Part shown: one piece after another, positions 54,330 to 64,000 of the stretch
Layout: every line of letters begins with the position of its first letter
Position numbering within the stretch: position 1 is the first letter of the stretch
Assembly: GCF_009914755.1 (NCBI RefSeq)
Contig: NC_060948.1
Length of the DNA stretch: 64,000 nucleotides
Reading direction: 5' to 3' (one strand)
Origin: the human T2T-CHM13v2.0 reference genome, Homo sapiens
Notes under the pieces: generated by a model
Seen by the model: only the letters and a program-made list of their open reading frames with translations
Database searches by the model: none
What the model was told of the DNA's origin: nothing
Made by a program: the position numbers and the translations under genes

Positions 54330-56605
54330 TCCATGGTGATACTGAGGATATGTTTATTTCAGAAACATGTGAAGATTAGTGGGATTTATGCTTTGGACTA
54401 AAAATGGATAAGAAATAAACAAACCATTAGACAAAATATATGAAACAATTGCTTTCAGATGTTACACAATGATCAAGACAGAAACGGGATCTCGTGTGTA
54501 TGAGTCTGACAGTTGTCCTTTGATCCTGGAGAAACGTTCTAGGCTGTAAAAACAGAGGAAGGCAATCACCGAGTTGACAAAACAGAAATCAAAGTTTAGG
54601 GATGCTGAGGTGGCAAGAGTTGCAGGACACAGTTCCAGAAAACAAAAAACTTCATAAAGGAAGACCTCTAAAACTCTGCATAGAGGTTCTTTTATGTGTT
54701 TTCTAAAAACAAGGATATATACATAGTTGATGAAATTCTGGCAGTCTGTTCAGAAATCTCCAGGGATCTGTAAGGAGAACAATTACCAGAGCATAAAAAG
54801 GGTAATGAAGTGTGAAAGTTTAAGTTGTTGAAAGCATAGAATTAAGAACTACAGCCTTATTATCGACTGCAGTAGGACCAAGTCTTAGTATTAATACTAA
54901 ACTAAATTTGGGTAATTGTTACTCTAACAATGCCCTGACAAAGCATAAAAACAATCCTCTAAGCCATCCATCTGATCCATAAGTAACTTAAATTTACCTC
55001 AGGTGAGAATTTAAACTCCTAAAGGGAGATAACATTTAGACTCTAAAATAAATGACATGCATTATTTCCCACATCCAATTAAAAATTATATAGAAAGGCC
55101 AAAAATCAAGGCAATGTGATATGTTTTCCATGATAGAAATAAGAGAATCAGATTCAGAAATTAAAGTGATGGGATTAGCAGAAAAGGATTTTAAAAGAGT
55201 TGTTATACTCAAAATGGTCAAGGATTAAAAGAAAACATGATTATAATAAGAAAAATTGGAAGGCTAAGAAAGAACTGCATATATATATGTATATATATAC
55301 TGGAGATGAAAAATAAAATATATGAAATAAAAATTTATTGCACAGGATTAATTGCAAGATGGAGAAGAAAAAACATGTGAAGTAGAAGACACAGTAATTG
55401 AAATTATTAACCTGAGCCATAGAGACAAAAGCATAAAAACAAGGAGAAATTAACTGTGGAAAGATATCATGCAGCCTAATACAAGTTCTATTGTAATTCC
55501 AGAAGTAGAAAATAGTGAAATGGGACAGAAAATTATTTGGAAAATAATGATTGACATTTTCCCACATATGAAAATAATTATAAAATTAAGATTGGATAAG
55601 GCTAACAAACTCCAAATTGAATAAATGTAATAAAATCACATCAAGACAAATCTTTAGCAAATTGACTAAACGTAGCAATACAGTGAAAAATCTCAAAGTG
55701 AGTTAGAAGAAAAAAGCACATTTAATGCAGATGAATAAAGATAACAGTCACTTCAGATAACTTCTCAGAAACCACGCCAGTCAGAAGACAATGGATTAGC
55801 ATGTTTGAAACAATAAAAGAAAAAAAAACTTGGACTTTTTTATCTAGCACATAAATTATTGTAAAATAAATGTAAATATAAGATTTTTTTTTAGACAAAC
55901 AAAACCAGAGAAAATTTACCATCAATAGAAATCTTTTACAAAGAATATAAAAATAATTTCTCCACACATAAAAAAATGGCATCAGATTGATACGTAGAAT
56001 CAAATGAGGGACTGAGGACAAATAGTAATAGTATAACAATATATGTGGGTAAATTTTTAAACCTATTTATTGGTATAAACAGTGTAATAAGTCTAAGTTT
56101 TAACTTAACAACTTTTGCAAAAATTGACTCTAACTGTATCATAGACAGTCCTAAACCCCAAAGCTAAAATTGTAAGAAAACTGTGACCTCAAGTTACAGA
56201 ATAGTTTTTTAAGTTTATTTTGAAAAGCACAAACCATTAAAACTTGACATGGTGAATTTCAAATTCTAAATCTTCTGGTCTTCTAAAGACATCATTAGGA
56301 AAATGGAAAAAAGACTGTGAAGACAAGAAATTCAACAAAACCTTAATTCAAACTGCATAAAGGACTCTTACAGCTTATAATAATGGAAAAGCCAATTAAA
56401 ATCATCAGTACATATGAAAAGACATTTCACTGCACAATATACATAAATGGCAAAAAGCATACTAAGAAATATTCAACATGATTAGCATTAACTGCTAAAA
56501 CCTGGAAAGTCATAACACTGTACATCCATCAGAATAGCTAAAATAGAAAGACCAGTAATATCAAATGATGATGAGAATGTGAAGGAGCTGGAACTCAGAT
56601 ACATT
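54330..56605 (+). mobile_element. Ancient L1M remnants (5'/ORF1 region, then ORF2 3' region)
   Basis: A-rich strand with cacatcaagaca, gataacttctcagaaacc...cagaagacaatgg, tgaaaagacatttcac, agaatagctaaaat. Confidence 0.65.
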
Positions 56606-58304
56606 TGTGAAGGACCTGTTCCAGGAGAACTAAAAACCACTGCTCAATGAAATAAAAAAGGACACAAACAAATGGAGGAACATTCCATGTTCATGGATAG
56701 GAAGAATCAATATCATGAAAATGGCCATACTACCCAAGGTAATTTATAGATTCAATGCCATCCCTATCAAGCTACCAATGACTTTCTTCACAGAATTGTA
56801 AAAAAACTATTTTAAAGATCATATGGAACCAAAAAAGAGCCTGCATTGCCAAAACAATTCTAAGCCAAAAGAACAAAGCTGGAGGCATCATGCTACCTGA
56901 CTTCAAACTATACTACAAGGCTACGCTAACAAAAATAGCATGGTACTGGTACCAAAACAGAGGTATAGACCAATGGAACAAAACAGAACCCTCAGAAATA
57001 ATACCACACGTCTACAACCACCTGATCTTTGACAAACCTGAGAAAAACAAGCAATGGGGAAAGGATTCCCTATTTAATAAATGGTGCTGGGAAAACTGGC
57101 TAGCCATATGTAGAAAGCTGAAACTGGATCCCTTCCTTACATCTTATACAAAAATTAATTCAAGATGGATTGAAGACTTACATGTTAGACCAACAACCAT
57201 AAAAACCCTAGAAGAAAACCTAGGCAATACCATTAAAGACATAGGCATGGGCAAGGACTTCATGTTTAAAATACCAAAAGCAATGACAACAAAAGCCAAA
57301 ATGGACAAATTGGATCTAATTTAACTAAAGAGCTTCTGCACCGCAGAAGAAACCACCATCAGAGTCAACAGGCCACCTACAGAATAGGAGAAAATTTTTG
57401 CAATCTACTCATCTGACAAAGGGCTAATATCCAGAGTCTATAAAAAACCCAAACAAATTTACAAGAAAAAATCAAATAACCCCATCAAAAAGTGGGTGAA
57501 GGATATGAACAGACACTTCTCAAAAGAAGACATTTATGCAGCCAAGAGACACATGAAAAAATGCTCATCATCACTGGCCACCAGAGAAATGCAAATCAAA
57601 ACCACAATGAGATACCATCTCACACCAGTTAGAATGGCCATCATTAAAAAGTCAGGAAACAACAGGTGCTAGAGAAGATGTGGAGAAATAGGAACACTTT
57701 TACACTGTTGGTGGGACTGTAAACTAGTTCAACCATTGTGGAAGACAGTGTGGCTATTCTTCAAGGATCTAGAACAAGAAATACCATTTGACCCAGCCAT
57801 CTCATTACTGGATATATACCCAAAGGATTATAAATCATGCTACTATAAAGACACATGCACAGGTATGTTCATTGTGGCACTATTCACAATAGCAAAGACT
57901 TGGAACCAACCCAAATGTCCATCAATGATAGACTGTATTAAGAAAAGTGGCCTATCTACACCATGGGATACTATGCAGTTCATGTCCTTTGTAAGGACAT
58001 GGATGAAGCTGGAAACCATCATTCTGAGCAAACTATCACAAGGACAAAAAACCAAACACCACATGTTCTCACTCATAGGTGGGAATTGAACAATGAGAAC
58101 ACTTGGACACAGAAAGGGGAACATCACACACTGGGCCTGTCATGGGGTGGGGGGAGGAGGGAGGGATAGTATTAGGAGACATACCTAATGTAAATGATGA
58201 GTTAATGGGTGCAGCACACCAACATGGCACATGTATATATATGTAACAAACCTGCACATTGTGCACATGTACCCTAGAACTTAAAGTATAAGTAAAAAAA
58301 AAAA
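56606..58304 (+). mobile_element. 5'-truncated L1PA4/5-like element
   Basis: ORF2 C-terminal frames 56890..57324 ([29 protein letters not shown]) and 57736..58089; 3'UTR G-tract; ends cctagaacttaaagtataa plus poly(A). Confidence 0.96.
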
Positions 58305-58583
58305 GTTCCAAATTATATCTCAAAAGAGGGAAAAAATTCATAGTGTATTTTCATAAGCCCTGTTGAAGGTGAGTTTTTAGTCTTCTGGTTTCTAACCTTA
58401 CTCCTATTACAGATAACTTTAATACCACAGACATGTTGTATATATGCATTTATGTAAGTAAAACATACATTATGTATATTTATGCTTCATAAATAGAGGG
58501 AGGTTTTCTCTTCCCAAGAAAGAACCCTTTCTTTGTCCCTATGGGGTGATTTGTTTCACTCTGAGTATGCTTTCTTTAGATTG

Positions 58584-58740
58584 GTGCTGTCCAGTAAAAT
58601 TTGCTGGGATGATGGAAATATTCTCTAAAATGAAAAACCTAGTATCCACATATGTCTAGAGAATGGGTTTTAAAATTGAATTAATTTTGATTGATTTAAA
58701 TATACATATATGGCAAGCTGTTACCACATTGGACAGCATA
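58584..58740. mobile_element. MER3-like element
   Basis: TIRs gtgctgtcca / ttggacagca; gatgatggaaatattct. Confidence 0.72.
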
Positions 58741-58854
58741 GTTCCAGAGGATTAATGAAGTAAATGATTAAACACAAGTATATGAAGAAGAGTCTTCTGT
58801 AAAATCCCTATTGGTAGCTAGTGAGATTGCTAGAGAGGCACAGAACTGCAGTCA

Positions 58855-59062
58855 TAGTTTTCAACCAAGGCCATCATTGCCTACACTCCCTTCACCCTGG
58901 AGATATCTGGCAACTCCTGAAGACATTCTGGTTTGTCACAGTGGGAGAGGTGCTTCATGTGCCAACAGTAACCAGTGAGTAGAAAATCCAGGGATCAGAA
59001 TAATAATTCCTGCACAAAATTATTCAGCTGCAGGCCCAACAGTTCAACATTGAGAAACTGCA
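58855..59062 (+). mobile_element. MER20
   Basis: tagttttcaacc...gacattctggtttgtcaca...ttgagaaactg. Confidence 0.7.
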
Positions 59063-60222
59063 GTGAAGATAGTTTAGCTGAACACGAAGCTTGGAATTTA
59101 AGCCTCTTCCGACATTTCTTTCCTTGCACTTTGGCAAGAAACAGGGCTGAGAACCTGGCTTCTTGTCATTATCTTTAAAAGCATATTGGAGCTACAACAC
59201 TCAGCCAAGGTGTATATTAGGTCTGCCTCTTGAGACGTTTTGGAGTTCTGTCAAACAAGAATACAAATAATACTTTGGATAGTATCTTTACTCTCTGTTT
59301 CCCTTAGAGTATGAAAAAACAGCTCATACAATGACTGTGTGTTCCTGAAAATCTATAATGCATGCCTCTCAAATTAAGGTGAAATAATCACCCTCCTGAA
59401 GCTGGAAAGAGTGACAGAAGAGTTTATTTAGCTTAGTTTCAGGTTAAAAAATATCATGAATGTTATTTTTATGCCAGTGTGGAGAATTGGCTCAGAAAAT
59501 TAGAATTGGTAAGAAACTTTCTGAGGCTGTGCATGAAAAGTTTACTTTCTCTACCTAAGTGTCTGGTTAGGCTAACTGTGGAAATGTGATAGGGCAAGTT
59601 CACAAATATTTGCACTCTCAATTGACAGAAACTTAAAGACATAGAAAGAAAGAGGTCTAAGATCTCTGGGAGAAGTAAAGGAAAACCTGGAGATCATAAT
59701 ATAGTGGAGTGGATTAAATTACAAAACCAGTTTGTGACAATTCACTTAGTGTCTGCATCTCTATTTTGTTTTTATGGTATAAGCTTTGTCACTGTGAGCA
59801 ATGCATAGCATTAAATATTTTGGGGAAAGTAATAGAAGAAATATCACAGAAAAAAAGTGGTTACAAAGAAGCTTGTGTCTCTGTCAGAGGAGTCTTATAG
59901 TCTGACAGTGGATCCCCATTTTATATGGGTAGGGGTATTTATTCATACTACTGGGGGATCTCAGAAAAAGAATTTATATGGAGTGCAAATTAGTGTCAAG
60001 TTTTCTCTTATTAATGACATTTAGTTGCCTGGAAACTAAAAGAAACTACAAATAGAATTTAAGTCACAAAAGTGGTTAGATATTTTCAAAGAGAATGCAT
60101 TTGCACTTATTAGTCAGCTGGGTAGGTTTTCCTTTTCAACAGCACGGTGATCCTAAATTTGATTAGAGCCCTCAAATGTAGGGATGAAGATTCTTCAATT
60201 TCCTCAGGTTGAATTTAATCAC

Positions 60223-60399
60223 TTTTTATTTTTTATATTTAAAAAATTTTTGGAGACAGGGTCTCAGTCTATCACCCCAGGTGGCATGCAGTGGTGTGAT
60301 CATAGCACACTGTAGTCTCAAACTACTGGGATCAAGAAATCCTCCCACCTCAGCCTCCTGAGTAGCTTGGACTACAGTTATGCACTGCAATACCTGTCC
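60223..60399 (-). mobile_element. FRAM / Alu right-arm monomer
   Basis: Single arm gagacagggtctc...gatcatagc...cctcagcctcctgagtagc with no left arm. Confidence 0.8.
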
Positions 60400-60969
60400 A
60401 AACACCTTTTAGCTGTGGATCAATACTCAGCTGTGGATGAGAAGCCCCTAGAACAAAACATCACAGTTGTCATTCATTATGCAACTCTGCTAAAAGTTAA
60501 AATGGGGCCTCAAGATGCCCAGAAATTTCACATTTCTGAAATGTACTAAAGAATCAGCCAATTCCCTGGAGAAATCTGTTGCTTAAGGGTTGCACCAATG
60601 GAAAAACATCTCTCTCCTAAGGTATCTAGAAATCTCCAGGGAGGAGCAAAACCTAGAGAAGCCCAAAGGAGGAAAACTGTTTAAAGATCTTGAGGCAAAA
60701 GAAAGACGACAAAAGGAAAGGCTTTGTTTTGAGACAATTGTTCATATATTTCCCACCTCCTGCTTTAAGCTTTTGTTATTGTTGATAAAAAGATCCTTTG
60801 AGCTTTAGGAGGTGAGATAGGGATTTTACAAAATAAAAGGAGAAAAAGGCACCAGCTGTAATTCTTTTCTTAACTGAGTCTTACAAGGAATTCCATTGAG
60901 AGTTGTAGCCAGCTAGACTTCCTCGGTCAACTGGGGACTTGGAGAAAATTTCTGTCTTACAAGAGTATT

Positions 60970-61130
60970 GTTAAATGAACCAATCAGGAACTTTCCTGAC
61001 TTACAAGAGGACTGTAAAATGCACCAATCATTGCTCTTTAAAATGCACCAATCAGTGCTCTGTAAAATGCACCAATCAGCACTCTCTAAAATGCAGCAAT
61101 CAGTGCTCTGTAAATTGCACCAATTAACAG
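60970..61130 (+). promoter_or_regulatory. LTR12 U3 CCAAT (NF-Y) repeat array
   Basis: Five tandem 24-bp units (t.taaaatgcaccaatcag.gctc) from 61013, plus one upstream ccaatcag. Confidence 0.8.
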
Positions 61131-61439
61131 AATTCTAAAAGTAGCAAATCATAGGAAGGATTGAAAAAAGGGCAAGATAAGACAGAAATGGAACATGGGA
61201 GGGGACAATAAAGGAATAAAAGCTGGCCATCCCAGCTAGCTGTGGCAACCCACTGGGGTCCCCTTCAATGCTGTGGAAGCCTTGTCATTTTGCTCTTCAC
61301 AATAAACTTTGCTACCATTCATTCTTTGGGCCCATGCCATCTTTAAGAGCTGTAATGCTCACCATGAAGGTCTTTGGCTTCATTCTTGAAGACAGCAAGA
61401 CCACGAATCCACCAGCAGAAACCAACTCTGGACTCAACT

Positions 61440-61457
61440 TGGGGGTTTGTCTGGGAT
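61440..61457 (+). other. Primer-binding site, tRNA-Pro type
   Basis: TGGGGGTTTGTCTGGGAT vs tRNA-Pro PBS TGGGGGCTCGTCCGGGAT: 15/18 identical, all differences C>T. Confidence 0.8.
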
Positions 61458-62638
61458 ATTGCCATGTGGTGAGTACCATCGGATCTCTTTCACTTGCTAT
61501 TCTGTCCTATTTTTCCTTAGAATTTGGGGGCTAAACACCACGCATCTGTCAGCCAGTTAAAAGTGACTAGTGCAGCCACTGGGCTAAAGACACAGGTGTC
61601 AAGCTTTCTGGAAAAGGTCTCTTTAACAACCCATGACTCTTTGGAGTCAGGAGCATTGGTTTGCCTGTAACCAGCTTCCGCTTTTCCTGCACTTCTGGGC
61701 TGAGCCAAGGGTTGACAAACAAGCAAGCCATTGAGATCTGGGGTCCTGACAAAAAGTTGGTTGACCCTGCAGCCATGTGCAGAACTCTCAAACTTATGTC
61801 ACCAAAGCAAGACTTGCCCATCTATTCTATCTATCCTGACCCTTGCCTCTTGGGTCCTAATGCCTGTCAGACAAACTTCCTCTGACTTCTCTTCTCTGAG
61901 GCTAGTGACACTTCTAAAAACCACTTCCTTTCCCTGGTGCTCTTCTAGTTTCTTCTATAAGAATAATTTTTAATATAAATTTCAGGACTCTGTTCCCTTA
62001 TTTAGGCACCTGGGCTTACCAATTAGAAAGACATATTTGCCGAAATCCCTGTTGTATGGGGACTATCTGGAATTTTAGGATCTGTCCTCAGACTGGCAGG
62101 CCTAACAAATGCTATTCCTGAAGCTAGGATATGGGGAGCCTTAGAAATTATAGACTCTGAAATTGGGGGCTATATGCTTTCTATTCACATAATGAGAAGT
62201 GAGGAAAAATGCTGTCACCCTTCCAAACCTGGAGATGCATTCTCTCCTTCAGTGCATAGTCCTGCACTACATTTTGAGGCATATCATCTTTATAGGACAA
62301 GGGTAAGGTGCCAATACCAACTAGAGAAAACACTTAGGACTCTAACAGATTTTCAAGAATGCGTCAGCAAGAAACACTAAATCTGACCTTTCTTGGCCTC
62401 TTTGTGGTCTAAGAGGAATGGCAAGGTTGCAGGTTTTTCAGAATGCATTGGTAAGGGCCACTAAATCCATCCTTCCTTGGTTCTCTTTGTGGTCTAGGAG
62501 ATAAACAAGTGGTTCCACTGCTGCTTCAGTGGGCACAACTATTCCAAACAGCAGAGTTCAGGGACTGTTGCAGGTTCTTGGGTAATGGAAAAAAAAAAAA
62601 AAAAAAAGGCCACAACCATGGGCAGTTTTTTCTTTCAG

Positions 62639-64000
62639 ATGGAAAATATTCAGGCTTCAACAAGCTCACCCTTGAAATTCATTGTAAGCCATTGGGACCA
62701 ATTTGATCCACAAATCCTGAAAAAGAAGTGGCTTATTTTTGTTTTCTGCCCCCAGTATTTTCTCTCTGATGGGGAAAAATGGCCACCTGAGGGAAGTATA
62801 AATGACTATACTATCCTGTAGCTTGACCTTTTCTGTAAGAGGGAAGGCTAATGGAGTGAAATAGTTTATGTCCAAGATTTCTTTTCATCGAAGGATAATC
62901 CACAACTATGCAAAGCTTGCAAATTACATTCCACAGGAGGACCTCTCAGATTACCTTCATATCCTGCCTCCTTACAGCTCTTCTTCCTATTAATGATAAG
63001 CCTCCTCTAATTTCCCCACCCAGAAGAAAACAAGCAAATAAATCTCCAAGGTACCACAAACCCCCTGGGCTATCAGTTATGCCCCCTTCAAGCTGTAGTG
63101 GGGGAAGGGAATTTGGCCCAACCTGGATACATGTCCCCTTCTTTCTCTCTGATATAAAGCAGATCAAGGTAGACCCAGGGAAGTTTTCAGATGATCCTGA
63201 TATGTATATAAATGTCCTACAGGGTCTAGGGCAAACATTCACTCTCACTTGGAGAGATGTCATGCTATTATTAGATCAAACCTGCCTCTAAAGAAAAGAA
63301 TGTGACTTTACCTGCAGCCTGAGACTTTGGAGATACCTGGTATGTTAGTCTAGTAAATGATAGAATGACAGCTGAAGAAGGGAACAAATTCCCTACTGGT
63401 CAGCAAGCCTTCCCCCATATGGATCCCCACTGGAAACCTAGACTGAGATTATGGGGAATGGAGTTGCAAACACCTGTTTTCCTGGTTCTAGAAGGACTAA
63501 GGATAATTAGGAAAAAGCCCATGAATTATTCAGTGATGTCCACCATAACTGAGGGAAAGGAAGAAAATCCTACCACTTTCCTCAATAGACTATGGGAGGC
63601 CTTAAGCAAATATAATCCCCTGTCTCCCAACACTTTTGAGGGTCAATTGATCCTAAAAGATAAGTTTATTACCTAATCAGCTGCAGAGATCAGGAGAAAG
63701 CTCCAAAAGCTAGCCCTGGGCCCTGAACAAAATTTGGAGGTATTATTAAACCTGGCAACCTCAGTGTTCTATAATAGGGACTAAGAGGAACAGGACAAAA
63801 AAGAAAAGCCAGAAAAGAGAAAGGCCACAGCCTTTGTCATGGCCCTCGGACAAACAAACCTTGGGGGTTAAGAGAAGACAGAAAACGGAGCAGGCCAATC
63901 AGCCAGTAGCATTTGTTTTCAGTGTGGTTTACAATAAAACCTTAAAGAAGATTGTCCAACAAGAAGCAAAATTCATCCTCGCCAATGTCCACTAAGCCAG
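62639..64000 (+). pseudogene. gag: HERV9-like gag pseudogene
   Basis: MENIQAST..SPLK..SHWDQFDPQ.LKKK, WPPEGSIN, GKFSDDPD.YI.VLQGLGQTF, MHR-like ITEGKEENPTTFL.RL.EAL, and a decayed zinc knuckle CFQCGLQ*NLKEDC at about 63913; multiple stops and frameshifts. Confidence 0.9.

Larger units (their letters stand above)
60897..64000 (+). mobile_element. ERV9-type provirus 5' part: LTR12F-like LTR (60897-61436), PBS, leader, gag; continues beyond the window
   Basis: LTR start tgagagttgtagccagctagacttcc, CCAAT repeats, aataaa at about 61301; PBS 61440-61457; splice-donor-like G|GTGAGT at 61469; gag homology downstream. Confidence 0.9.

Noticed and set aside
56606-58304. Missing 3' half of the L1 at 4864-7770
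   Set aside because: 49 kb away, starts much further into ORF2 and no matching TSD is seen; the left copy already supplies the continuation.
61013-61130. 24-bp repeats as a CRISPR array or novel repeat
   Set aside because: Head-to-tail units without spacers; a known feature of LTR12 U3.

Overview
Primate (human-like) AT-rich, non-genic genomic DNA made mostly of transposable-element fossils: L1PA/L1MA/L1MC/L1M, about 12 Alus, THE1A/MSTA/MLT1 MaLRs, solo LTR5B and LTR10-type LTRs, the 5' end of an LTR12F/HERV9-type provirus, MER5/MER20/MER58/MER3/Tigger2/MADE1 DNA elements, L2/MIR and several simple repeats. I find no credible host protein-coding gene, rRNA, tRNA or CRISPR array. Every sizeable ORF is a broken L1/ERV frame or a low-complexity artefact. 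The most interesting structure is at 1-7770. Two divergently oriented L1PA pieces share many private substitutions and have complementary extents. They are best explained as ONE full-length L1 split by a ~5.6-kb inversion with a ~2-kb inverted duplication, leaving the L1 promoter on a potentially invertible 3.6-kb spacer. The second most interesting point is that the ERV9-type provirus has a tRNA-Pro primer-binding site. All family assignments are from remembered consensus motifs, not from a database search.
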